Virus record (IMG/VR): IMGVR_UViG_3300044297_000116 | Location: 1 to 25,759 of that record | Length of the DNA stretch: 25,759 nucleotides | From: a virus | Taxonomy: Duplodnaviria > Caudoviricetes | Direction: 5' to 3' (one strand) | Part shown: piece by piece, positions 17,589-25,759 of the stretch | Layout: each line of letters begins with the position of its first letter | How positions within the stretch are numbered: the first letter of the stretch is position 1 | Made by a program: the position numbers and the translations under genes | Notes under the pieces: model-generated | Seen by the model: only the letters and a program-made list of their open reading frames with translations | The model's database searches: none | Told to the model about the DNA's origin: nothing

Positions 17589-19419
17589 TTTTTCTGATTT
17601 TTTAGAAGCTTTAGAAGAAGATGCTTTTGAAGAAAAACCAGTAGATATTGAAGAGTTTGTTACTTCAAATGATTACTTGGCTCTACCTCCATTGTCAGAC
17701 TATCAATATCAAATGATTAAAGCTTCTACTCAAATATATAAGCATGAAACATTAGTTAAATTATATGGAGAAGAAGAAGGCGAAAGACGCTGGAAACAAA
17801 CTTGCAATGAAGTTATATTTCAATTGGGTAAAGGTTCTGGCAAAGACTATACATCTACTATTGCCTGTGCTTATATAGTTTATTTATTACTTTGTCTTAA
17901 AGATCCCGCTAGATATTATGGTAAACCTCCTGGAGATGCTATTGATATCATTAACGTAGCAGTCAACGCAGTTCAAGCACAACAAGTTTTCTTCAAAGGT
18001 TTTAAAAATAGAATAACTAGATGTCCTTGGTTTATTGGAAAATATAATGAAAAAGTTGGAAGTATAGAATTTATCAAATCAATCACAGTACACTCAGGTC
18101 ACTCTCAACGTGAGTCTTGGGAAGGATATAACCTTTTATTCGCAGTGCTTGATGAAATTTCTGGATTTGATCTGGAATCAACTAGTGGTAATGAACAAGC
18201 AAAAACAGCTTCCGCTATTTATAAAATGTTTCGTGGTTCGGTAGACTCTCGTTTCCCACAATACGGTAAGGTAATTCTTCTTTCATTTCCAAGATTTAAA
18301 AATGATTATATCCAGCAAAGATATAATGAAGTTGTTGCTGATAAAGAAATTATAGTTCGCACACATACATTTAAAGTAGATGAAGATTTGCCTGATGGAA
18401 CTGATGGAAATGAATTTACAATTGAGTGGGAAGAAGATCATATTATTTCTTATGCTGAGCCAAAAGTATTTGCATTGAAGCGCCCCACATGGGAAATTAA
18501 TCCAACAATTAAAATTAAAGACTTAGCAATTAATTTTTATAGAGATCAAACAGACGCCCTTTCAAGATATGCTTGTATGCCACCAGAAGCAATTGATGCT
18601 TTATTCACTTCTCGTGAAAAAGTAGAAAAAGCTTTTAGTAATTTAAATATTCCTTTTGATGAAAATCATTCATTTAAAGAATGGTTCAAACCAGAAGATG
18701 AAAAAGTATATTATGTGCATGTTGATTTAGCACAAAAACACGATCACTGTGCAGTTTCTTTGGCACATGTTGACAAATGGGTAACAATGAAGATGGCGGG
18801 AGCGTACACAGATGCACAACCTCATATTATTGTAGATGCCATTAGATATTGGACTCCAACAAAAGAAAGAGCAGTAGACTTTACTGAAGTAAAAAATTAT
18901 ATTATTAGTTTAAAACAAAGAGGGTTTAATATAAAAAGAGTAACATTTGACAGATGGAATTCTTTTGATATGATGGAGCAATTAAAATCTTATGGGATGA
19001 ACTGCGAAATACTCTCAGTAGCAAAAAAACATTATGACGATATGTTATTATGTGTAATGGAAGAAAGATTAAGTGGTCCAAGACTACCTTTATTAATTGA
19101 TGAGCTTCTTGAATTAAGAATTGTTAAAAAAGATAAAGTGGATCACCCAAGAAAAGGGTCAAAAGATTTAGCAGACGCAACTTGTGGAGCAATTTATAAT
19201 GCGATATCATTAACTCCTAAAGGTGACAATGAAATACATGTCTATAGATATGATCAATTTGACGAGGATATTGAGCGAAAAACAGAAACAAATAATGATA
19301 ATGTTATTCGTGTAGCAAATAAAAAAGAAATACCAGCCAATTTAAGAGATTTTTTGGGCATAGATGATGAAGAGTTTACTATGCAAGATGGATTTGTAGA
19401 TAACTTTAGGATATTGTAA
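17581..19419 (+). CDS. terL: Terminase large subunit
   Basis: Walker A GKGSGKD, Walker B AVLDEISG, coupling LSFP, nuclease motifs VHVDLA, TFDRWNS and KVDHPRKGSKDLADA. Confidence 0.9.
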   Translation: MTDFSDFLEALEEDAFEEKPVDIEEFVTSNDYLALPPLSDYQYQMIKASTQIYKHETLVKLYGEEEGERRWKQTCNEVIFQLGKGSGKDYTSTIACAYIVYLLLCLKDPARYYGKPPGDAIDIINVAVNAVQAQQVFFKGFKNRITRCPWFIGKYNEKVGSIEFIKSITVHSGHSQRESWEGYNLLFAVLDEISGFDLESTSGNEQAKTASAIYKMFRGSVDSRFPQYGKVILLSFPRFKNDYIQQRYNEVVADKEIIVRTHTFKVDEDLPDGTDGNEFTIEWEEDHIISYAEPKVFALKRPTWEINPTIKIKDLAINFYRDQTDALSRYACMPPEAIDALFTSREKVEKAFSNLNIPFDENHSFKEWFKPEDEKVYYVHVDLAQKHDHCAVSLAHVDKWVTMKMAGAYTDAQPHIIVDAIRYWTPTKERAVDFTEVKNYIISLKQRGFNIKRVTFDRWNSFDMMEQLKSYGMNCEILSVAKKHYDDMLLCVMEERLSGPRLPLLIDELLELRIVKKDKVDHPRKGSKDLADATCGAIYNAISLTPKGDNEIHVYRYDQFDEDIERKTETNNDNVIRVANKKEIPANLRDFLGIDDEEFTMQDGFVDNFRIL

Positions 19420-19421
19420 AT

Positions 19422-19661
19422 ATGCCATTATTTAAGAATAAAAAGCCAAATATTGATTATGAAGCTTTATATCACGATTCACAGAAAAAATTAAGTTGGT
19501 ATATTCAAGCCCTTGAGCAAAAACAAATACAATGTGATACAATTGAACAAGTTGCTTCTGAACTGAAGCAAGAAAATAATAAATTAAAAAAAGAATTGGA
19601 GACTCTCAAACAGAGTCTTTTAAATTTGCCTAAACTATTAGGTAAAAACCTGGGTAAATAA
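19422..19661 (+). CDS. Coiled-coil hypothetical protein
   Basis: 79 aa with heptad repeats; 2 nt after terL. Confidence 0.6.
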   Translation: MPLFKNKKPNIDYEALYHDSQKKLSWYIQALEQKQIQCDTIEQVASELKQENNKLKKELETLKQSLLNLPKLLGKNLGK

Positions 19662-19680
19662 CCTATATACAAGGAGAAAA

Positions 19681-20730
19681 ATGAAATCACTAAAAAAGAT
19701 TGCACTTGTAAGCGCTGCAGCACTTACATTTAGTACATTCTTAACTTCTGTAGCAAATGCAGCACCACTTGCTGTAACTGTTAACGGAGTTACAAATACT
19801 ACTAGCGCAACCTCACCTGCCACAGCAAACGTGCCAGCGGATAATACTGTTGACACTGGAGACGCTGTGACAATCGCTGCAACTGCAGATACTGGCACTT
19901 CGGTAACCTTTACTGCATCTGCTGGAGTTAAGTTGTCAACTGCTCTAAGCAATTCTGCAATTCCAGTTAATGCTAATGGTGGTGTTGGTACTTTGACTTT
20001 GACTGCTCAAGGTTCCGCACTTGTTGTTTATGCATTTACTACGAGCACTTCTGTTGGAAACGTAGTTGTCACTAACGGATCTTACAGCACAGTAGTATAT
20101 TTGAAGGGTGTTGCATCAACAGCATATAATGTTGGTGTCACAGTACCCGCATCTGCTGCAATTGGAACAACAATTCCAGTATCAGTTAATGTTACTGACG
20201 TATTTGGAAATCCAGTTGCAGGATCCACAGTTTCTGTTACTGTCATTGGAGCAACATTTGATGACCTTACAGTAAATAAGAATTTAGTTACAGAAGCAGC
20301 AACCGATGCTACTGCTGGAACAGTTCTTGGATCTAAGTCAGCAAAAATTACTGTAGGAACTGCAGGAGTAGTTACTCTTGCTGTTTCTGGTGGAGCAACA
20401 ACCACAATTACAGGATTTGCAGCACCAGTTCGTGCTACAACTGCAAGCATTATTGTTTCAGATTTGAGCACTACTGTTTCAACACTTAATGCACAGATTC
20501 TTTCTCTTACTTCAAAGGTTGATTCATTGACGGCACAAGTTGCATCTTTGACAAAACAACTTTCTGATACTAAGGGACAGCTTGCTATGGCAACTGCATC
20601 ACAAGGTCTTTCCGATCTTAATCTTTCATCAGCAAAGTCTGCTCAAAAGACTGCTGAAGATAAGTATGCAGCGCTTCTTTCTAAGTACAATGCACTAGCA
20701 AAGAAGTTTAAGCAGCCAACAATTAAGTAA
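19681..20730 (+). CDS. Secreted Ala/Thr/Val-rich protein with bacterial Ig-like domain(s) and C-terminal coiled coil
   Basis: Sec signal peptide MKSLKKIALVSAAAL...ANA|AP; invasin/Big-like motif VTDVFGNPVAG; heptad C-terminus with basic tail; AAGGAG RBS. Confidence 0.75.
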   Translation: MKSLKKIALVSAAALTFSTFLTSVANAAPLAVTVNGVTNTTSATSPATANVPADNTVDTGDAVTIAATADTGTSVTFTASAGVKLSTALSNSAIPVNANGGVGTLTLTAQGSALVVYAFTTSTSVGNVVVTNGSYSTVVYLKGVASTAYNVGVTVPASAAIGTTIPVSVNVTDVFGNPVAGSTVSVTVIGATFDDLTVNKNLVTEAATDATAGTVLGSKSAKITVGTAGVVTLAVSGGATTTITGFAAPVRATTASIIVSDLSTTVSTLNAQILSLTSKVDSLTAQVASLTKQLSDTKGQLAMATASQGLSDLNLSSAKSAQKTAEDKYAALLSKYNALAKKFKQPTIK

Positions 20731-20735
20731 TAAAA

Positions 20736-20767
20736 AACAGAGGGGTAAAGAAATTTACCCCTCTGTT
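20736..20767 (+). terminator. Intrinsic terminator-like hairpin (possibly bidirectional)
   Basis: Perfect 14-bp stem AACAGAGGGGTAAA / TTTACCCCTCTGTT with a GAAA loop, just after the stop; A-tract on the 5' side. Confidence 0.8.
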
Positions 20768-20772
20768 ATAAT
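20764..20772 (+). promoter_or_regulatory. Extended -10 promoter TGTTATAAT for the endolysin
   Basis: TGnTATAAT overlapping the 3' arm of the hairpin; AGGAAGGA RBS downstream. Confidence 0.55.
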
Positions 20773-20805
20773 ATAATAACATTTTAATTTATAGGAAGGA
20801 ATATA

Positions 20806-21303
20806 ATGGCAGACGATAGAAATCCAAATGCAGTAAAAGTGCTAGGAGTAGCAAAAAAGTATGTTGATCAAGCATACAAAGAAGGCGAAAATAACGATAC
20901 AATTTTTGGTAAGTGGTTTGGTCTAAATCATCAACCATGGTGTGCAATGTTTGTTTCATATTGTTTTAATGAAGCAGGATTGGTAAATCTAGTTGCAGCA
21001 CAAGGTCCAAAAGGTTTTGCTGCTTGTAATGCGGGAGTGCGTTGGTTTGCAAAAAATAATCAACTAGTTGCTCCAGGACAAGCACAGCCAGGAGATATTG
21101 TATTTTTCAATTTTGACGACGATGCAACAACTGCAGAGCATGTTGGAATTGTTTATGTTAATCAACCAGATAAGCAACAGATGGTTACATTTGAAGGTAA
21201 CACTGCAGCAGATAATTCTGGTTCACAAGCAAATGGCGATGGCGCTTACAAGAAAACTCGTAAGTATGCAAAGATCATGGCAGTTGCTCGTCCGAAGTGG
21301 TAA
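20806..21303 (+). CDS. CHAP-domain endolysin / peptidoglycan hydrolase (catalytic domain only)
   Basis: PWCAMFVSYC, PGDIVFF, HVGIV and EGNT motifs. Confidence 0.9.
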   Translation: MADDRNPNAVKVLGVAKKYVDQAYKEGENNDTIFGKWFGLNHQPWCAMFVSYCFNEAGLVNLVAAQGPKGFAACNAGVRWFAKNNQLVAPGQAQPGDIVFFNFDDDATTAEHVGIVYVNQPDKQQMVTFEGNTAADNSGSQANGDGAYKKTRKYAKIMAVARPKW

Positions 21304-21328
21304 ATTAGTTTAATTAATTAATCATTCA

Positions 21329-21337
21329 TGATATAAT
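21329..21337 (+). promoter_or_regulatory. Extended -10 promoter TGATATAAT
   Basis: Intergenic, upstream of GGAG/GAAAGG and TTG 21374. Confidence 0.65.
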
Positions 21338-21373
21338 ACTAATGGCTAACCAAGCCATGGAGTGAAAGGTTAA

Positions 21374-23656
21374 TTGAATAAACAGTTTAATTATTTCTTT
21401 AGAATACTAGTGTCAAGTGGTTTACTACTTGCGCTAGTATTTCTTTTTGGGGAAAGTCCTGCTCAAGCTGAATCACGACAAGATGTTCAATTAACTATTA
21501 GTAATTTAGAATCACAATTAATTTCTGCTGAAAATCAATTAAATATAGACACTCAAACAGTCGTAGCAGATAGCGCAACTGTCCTACAGGCACAATCAGA
21601 TTTAAATAATGCTCAATACAATTATGATAATAATTTAATTATTGAAACCTCTACTTCAAATTCCGCTATTCATGTTGATATTTATAATCAAACTTACACT
21701 AGAAGTAGAACCCCAAATGGATCCCTGTGCAGGTCAGACACCTTTACAGTTATGGCTAATAATTGGGGAAATGGCTCTGTGGCGGGTTGTAATGGCGATT
21801 ATGTAACCATCCATTACTACGGCAATATAACGCCTCCTGTGACCGATATTTACCGTTTTAAAAACATTGCTGATGATGGGTTTTATATGACCATAAATGG
21901 GCAAATAGTTATAAATGAATGGTATGACAAAGGGTGTAATGGAAACTGGGGAACTGCTATAACCCTTCAAGCAGGAGTTTCTTATGCCTTTGATGCTTGG
22001 TATTATGAATGGGGTGGTGGTGCCTGTTCTACTCTCTATTATCAAAGTAGTAATAATTGGGCTCAAGTCCCATCATCATGGTTTAGTACAGTTACAACAA
22101 CATCTCATAAAGATCCCACACTTTATGATATAGTTCAACAAAAACAACAAATTGTAGATTCTGCTACTGCAAAATATAATAGTTCTGTTCAAAAAGTAAA
22201 TAATGATTATTCTAATATATCAAAAATAAAATCTGATTTACAAGCAGCTAAAGATTTACTTGCTTCTATTCCTTATTTAAATCCACCTACTAGTTTACAA
22301 GTAAATGTAGATACTACTACTGCAACTGTACATTTGAATTGGAGTGTTCCAGATACAAGTAACGCATCCGTATTGACTTACGCTATTTCATGGTCAACAA
22401 GTAATTTTACATCAGATGGATGGGGATGGACTCACGATCAAACAAATGTAGACATACCATTTGATATTTTTAGAGATAGTTCTGGATGGGGTAAAAATAT
22501 ACAATTTAGAATCAGGGCAGACAATAATACTCTAATGGTTTATTCAGATAACTCAAATTCTGTAGAGGCATTTATACCCGATCCCACACCGCCAGCCAAC
22601 CAAAACCAGACTCCTGATACGAGCACTGCAACTGAGACTCAGACGGTGACTGAGACTGTGACAGTATCTGAAACACCCACAATGGTTTTTGATACATCTA
22701 CTCTTCAAACCCCAATTGATTCTCAAACAGTTCAAGAGACTGTAACGGCGACATCACCAACTGATCCTCAACCAACAAGTCCAGTTCTGCCACCTTCGGA
22801 ACCATCATTGCCCGTTCCACCAAGACCACAACCTCCCATTGAAGTAAATCCAATTCCAGTTCCAACTCAGCCAATAGTTGATTCAATTCCTTCAACACCT
22901 ACTCCATCTCCTGTCGAAGAAACTCCCGAACCCAGTCCAGAACCTGATCCCATTCCAGTTGCTGACATTCCTCAAGACCCAATAGACCCTCAAGTAAATC
23001 AAGATAATAATAGCCCAAGCCAGGTTTCAGATTCAACTGATGTTCCAACAGAAGAATCCACTCCTGTTGAACCCGATTTACAAACTCCAACAAACTCTCA
23101 GGACTCTCAAACTTCTGATGCTGTAGACCAGCCAGTTGTAGAACCTCTTCCAATCTCTGATTCTTCATCTTCCAATGATACCACATCAGATCCAAATAAT
23201 TTGCCAGAAGATAAACCCTTATTGCCACCCGCAGAAAAATTAGTTCCACATATTCAGATAGATCAACCTGGAGTTACAAATGGAGGTATTGAATTCTTTG
23301 GTACAAAATCGCAACCACAAGTTATTGGAGAGGATGGCAAGCTTACTCCACCACCCCCTCCTCCTGGCTCTGGTTTACCCATCCCTCCTGATGCTATTAC
23401 TACTACTGATACCTTTATTGGTCAACCTGGTGGAACAACATTCAATGCTCCTGATATTGCTGTTCCAGTTATTTTAACTCCACTAACTGGTGCTGTAGCA
23501 TCAATTCCTGGAGCGGAAGCATTGAATCAAGCATTTGTTGCTTTAGCAAATATTGGAAATGATATGTCTCCAATTACTCGTAAGAAAGCAAAGAAAATTT
23601 TAGTTATCACAGCATTAGTTTCGCAAGTTGCTGCGGTTAGGAGGAGATTCGGATAA
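21374..23656 (+). CDS. Exported surface protein: signal peptide, coiled coil, PA14 domain, FN3 domain, Pro/Thr/Asp-rich stalk, C-terminal hydrophobic/basic tail
   Basis: Signal ...AQA|ES; PA14 signature YRFKNIADDGFYMTINGQIVINEW...YYEWGGGA; FN3 NPPTSLQV...LNWSVP...QFRIRADN; long Pro-rich region; tail KKILVITALVSQVAAVRRRFG. Confidence 0.8.
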   Translation: MNKQFNYFFRILVSSGLLLALVFLFGESPAQAESRQDVQLTISNLESQLISAENQLNIDTQTVVADSATVLQAQSDLNNAQYNYDNNLIIETSTSNSAIHVDIYNQTYTRSRTPNGSLCRSDTFTVMANNWGNGSVAGCNGDYVTIHYYGNITPPVTDIYRFKNIADDGFYMTINGQIVINEWYDKGCNGNWGTAITLQAGVSYAFDAWYYEWGGGACSTLYYQSSNNWAQVPSSWFSTVTTTSHKDPTLYDIVQQKQQIVDSATAKYNSSVQKVNNDYSNISKIKSDLQAAKDLLASIPYLNPPTSLQVNVDTTTATVHLNWSVPDTSNASVLTYAISWSTSNFTSDGWGWTHDQTNVDIPFDIFRDSSGWGKNIQFRIRADNNTLMVYSDNSNSVEAFIPDPTPPANQNQTPDTSTATETQTVTETVTVSETPTMVFDTSTLQTPIDSQTVQETVTATSPTDPQPTSPVLPPSEPSLPVPPRPQPPIEVNPIPVPTQPIVDSIPSTPTPSPVEETPEPSPEPDPIPVADIPQDPIDPQVNQDNNSPSQVSDSTDVPTEESTPVEPDLQTPTNSQDSQTSDAVDQPVVEPLPISDSSSSNDTTSDPNNLPEDKPLLPPAEKLVPHIQIDQPGVTNGGIEFFGTKSQPQVIGEDGKLTPPPPPPGSGLPIPPDAITTTDTFIGQPGGTTFNAPDIAVPVILTPLTGAVASIPGAEALNQAFVALANIGNDMSPITRKKAKKILVITALVSQVAAVRRRFG

Positions 23657-23844
23657 TGTTAAAAAAAATAATCAAATTCTTTAAAGACATCTCTTCAGAT
23701 TTTTTTAGTGAAATTTGGACATTTGTTGGATTATTTTCAGCATGGTTAGTTTTGACTGGATCAGCAAAAACAGTCATAGGAAAAGTCACTCTGGCATCTT
23801 TTGTTGTCTGGGTATTGACTCTTAGATTAAGAAATAAAGAATAG
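23656..23844 (+). CDS. Small two-helix membrane protein, translationally coupled to the PA14 gene
   Basis: TAATG overlap, AGGAGG RBS, two hydrophobic segments. Confidence 0.7.
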   Translation: MLKKIIKFFKDISSDFFSEIWTFVGLFSAWLVLTGSAKTVIGKVTLASFVVWVLTLRLRNKE

Positions 23845-23859
23845 AAAGAAGGAAATAAA

Positions 23860-24183
23860 ATGGCAAAAAATATAGTAAAAGAAGAAGAGGTTGTAGGACC
23901 TCTTGATGTTGTTCAAGAAGAAGCATTAAGCAATGGACCCATCTCAAGCGTTAAAAATATTCTAGCTAGAATAGTAGCAGTATTTGCTGCATCTGGACTT
24001 GGAGTAATTGGTGCAGGTGCTGTAATTGGTATCAGTACTTTTAAAGCTATTGTTCTTGCAGGAACTTTGGGAGTGGCTACTGTTGTAGAAAAGCTTGCTC
24101 GTGGTTTTCTTGATGACGGTAAATTAAGTGTTGAAGAAATAAATGCAGCATTTAATACTGTTGACAAAAAGACACAGAACTAG
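23860..24183 (+). CDS. Membrane protein with Gly-rich transmembrane hairpin (holin-like or accessory)
   Basis: IVAVFAASGLGVIGAGAVIG...AIVLAGTLGVATVV; C-terminal DDGKLSVEEINAAF; GAAGGA RBS. Confidence 0.7.
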   Translation: MAKNIVKEEEVVGPLDVVQEEALSNGPISSVKNILARIVAVFAASGLGVIGAGAVIGISTFKAIVLAGTLGVATVVEKLARGFLDDGKLSVEEINAAFNTVDKKTQN

Positions 24184-24185
24184 TC

Positions 24186-24194
24186 TGATATAAT
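24186..24194 (+). promoter_or_regulatory. Extended -10 promoter TGATATAAT, likely leaderless transcript
   Basis: ATG 24201 lies 6 nt downstream with no SD sequence. Confidence 0.6.
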
Positions 24195-24200
24195 TAAAGT

Positions 24201-24461
24201 ATGTGGCATAAACTAGCCATCTATACCAGAAAAAATCCAGCAAAGTTAGCTGGTTATATTTCTGCTGTCATTTTGTACTTTAATAAACATTTCCCACACT
24301 TTCCAATAGACATAGCAATTCCATCTATTATGATCATGATAGGTCTAGGAGAAGCAGCTCAAAAAGTAGAACATGAAAAAACTATAGAAGCCTTATATAC
24401 TCAAAATAATCCAAATATTCCAGATCAAAAAATTATTGATAATATAGATGGTAAGGTATAA
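24201..24461 (+). CDS. Small membrane protein
   Basis: 86 aa with two moderately hydrophobic segments and a polar tail. Confidence 0.6.
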   Translation: MWHKLAIYTRKNPAKLAGYISAVILYFNKHFPHFPIDIAIPSIMIMIGLGEAAQKVEHEKTIEALYTQNNPNIPDQKIIDNIDGKV

Positions 24462-24477
24462 TAATCGTAGGAAAAAT

Positions 24478-24768
24478 ATGAAAAATACTGGTCTTGAGCA
24501 TGAATTAATTACTTTAACTTCTTATCCTTCTTTGTTAACTATAACAGAAGTAGATGAGGTAGAAAATGCTCGTCAATTAATAATTTCTATACAAAATTTA
24601 CATGAATCTAATTATGTTTATTTAGGATCAAGTTCAGTTTCCGAATCTTCTTTTGGATATATGCTAGATCCTGGTCAAATATTCACTGCTGATTTAAAAA
24701 CAAATGAAGAATTATATGGCATTGGCGATGGTCAAGTTGCTGTGATAAGGTTGATAAGAAATGGCTAG
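24478..24768 (+). CDS. Small beta-sandwich phage protein, possibly virion-associated
   Basis: ATG 24478 after AGGA is preferred to 24448; pattern IQN...VYLG...G..L.PG; GGTATAAT at 24455-24462 upstream. Confidence 0.6.
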   Translation: MKNTGLEHELITLTSYPSLLTITEVDEVENARQLIISIQNLHESNYVYLGSSSVSESSFGYMLDPGQIFTADLKTNEELYGIGDGQVAVIRLIRNG

Positions 24769-25759
24769 CATATCTGTAAGCGGAAGAACAGGTAACGGAA
24801 TTCCAGGACCTAGAGGACCACAAGGTCCTCAAGGTGATCAAGGACCACAAGGTCCTCAAGGAGATCAAGGACCACAAGGTCCTCAAGGTGATCAAGGACC
24901 ACAAGGTCCTCAAGGAGATCAAGGACCGCAAGGTCCACAAGGAGATCAAGGACCGCAAGGTCCTCAAGGAGATCAAGGACCACAAGGTCCTCAAGGTGAT
25001 CAAGGACCACAAGGTCCTCAAGGAGATCAAGGACCGCAAGGTCCACAAGGAGATCAAGGACCGCAAGGTCCACAAGGCATTAAAGGCGATACTGGATCTC
25101 AAGGTGTTAAAGGTGATACTGGCGCAACAGGTCCGCAGGGAGATCAAGGACCACAAGGACTTACAGGCGCAACAGGTCCACAAGGAGCAAAAGGCGATAC
25201 AGGTTTAATGGGTCCTCAAGGAATTCAAGGAATTCAAGGTGATCCAGGACCACAGGGTATACAAGGTGTTAAAGGTGACACTGGTGCAACAGGTCCGCAA
25301 GGTCCAGCAGGACCGCAAGGTGACCCAACAGCAACTATATCAATTGGCTCAACAACTACTGGAGATTCTGGAACAAATGCTTTAGTAACAAATTCTGGAA
25401 CTTCAACAAATGTTATTTTAAATTTTACAATTCCTAAAGGTCAACAAGGAGCCACAGGTTCACAAGGACCACAAGGCGATCAAGGTGTACAAGGATTAAA
25501 AGGTGATACTGGTTTAACTGGTCCCGCAGGACCTACAGGTGCAAAAGGTGACACAGGAGCAACTGGTGCTACAGGTCCCCAAGGTATTCAGGGCGTTAAG
25601 GGCGACACAGGAGATACAGGTCCCGCAGGACCTACAGGAGCTACAGGAGCAACTGGCCCGCAAGGTATTCAAGGAATTAAAGGTGATACGGGTCCGCAAG
25701 GCCCGCAGGGAGCCACAGGATCTACTGGTCCACAAGGACCTACTGGTGCAACAGGCCCA
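24761..25759 (+). CDS. Collagen-like triple-helix repeat protein (3' truncated; not in ORF track)
   Basis: [27 protein letters not shown]... is open to the window end; continuous Gly-X-Y with one non-collagenous insert at about 25328-25438. Confidence 0.9.
   Translation, partial: MASISVSGRTGNGIPGPRGPQGPQGDQGPQGPQGDQGPQGPQGDQGPQGPQGDQGPQGPQGDQGPQGPQGDQGPQGPQGDQGPQGPQGDQGPQGPQGDQGPQGPQGIKGDTGSQGVKGDTGATGPQGDQGPQGLTGATGPQGAKGDTGLMGPQGIQGIQGDPGPQGIQGVKGDTGATGPQGPAGPQGDPTATISIGSTTTGDSGTNALVTNSGTSTNVILNFTIPKGQQGATGSQGPQGDQGVQGLKGDTGLTGPAGPTGAKGDTGATGATGPQGIQGVKGDTGDTGPAGPTGATGATGPQGIQGIKGDTGPQGPQGATGSTGPQGPTGATGP
24815..25077 (+). repeat. 27-bp tandem repeat (9 full units + 1 partial) encoding GPQGPQGDQ
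   Basis: Consensus GGACCRCAAGGTCCWCAAGGWGATCAA; units differ only at third codon positions. Confidence 0.95.

Noticed and set aside
9881-19419. Inteins or introns in dnaE, recA or terL
   Set aside because: Proteins have normal length and contiguous motifs; no C...HN splice junctions or homing endonuclease motifs seen.
19638-20471. Antisense ORFs 19638..19952 and 20082..20471
   Set aside because: Mirror frames of the Ala/Thr/Val-rich gene; no RBS or independent motifs.
21310-21321. Palindrome TTAATTAATTAA upstream of the PA14 promoter
   Set aside because: A/T-only low-complexity palindrome, plausible by chance in AT-rich intergenic DNA, and not repeated elsewhere.
24161-24194. TTGACA as the -35 of the 24189 TATAAT
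   Set aside because: The spacing is 22 nt, too long for a sigma70-type promoter.
24815-25077. CRISPR array, given a repeat-like length and a Cas4-like gene in the window
   Set aside because: Units are head-to-tail with no unique spacers and vary only at third codon positions of a Gly-X-Y frame; no cas1/cas2 present.
24683-25735. Repetitive ORFs 24683..25183(-), 24810..25073(-), 24834..25208(+) and 25514..25735(-)
   Set aside because: Shadow frames of the collagen repeat, which lacks stops in several frames.
1-25759. Stop-codon reassignment, tRNAs, integrase or diversity-generating retroelement
   Set aside because: The standard code gives intact full-length genes ending in TAA, TAG and TGA; intergenic gaps are too short for tRNAs; no recombinase of integrase type, reverse transcriptase or TR/VR pair is visible.

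Overview
This is an AT-rich (roughly one third G+C, estimated by eye), densely coding segment of a large tailed dsDNA phage, with every credible gene on the + strand. Gene content and order resemble large actinobacteriophages (Streptomyces BE/BK-like organisation). Low GC, GAAAGG ribosome-binding sites and leaderless genes suggest a low-GC Actinomycetota host, for example freshwater acI; this is inference. From left to right: two FN3-rich tail/receptor-binding genes; a metallophosphoesterase and small regulators; a replication/recombination block (DnaB-like helicase, primase, SSB, DnaE, RecA, two resolvase-like nucleases, Cas4-like exonuclease); a putative small terminase and the large terminase; a cell-envelope block (secreted Ig-like protein, CHAP endolysin, PA14/FN3/Pro-rich surface protein, small membrane proteins); and a collagen-like gene running off the end. 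Four genes missing from the ORF track were recovered by hand. The most notable observations are a putative phage-encoded surface-display module, a GC-rich segment with 10-bp-phased TA steps inside the helicase gene, and a family of extended -10 promoters, some followed by a shared GGC...AGCC inverted repeat. No CRISPR array, tRNA, intein or integrase was seen.
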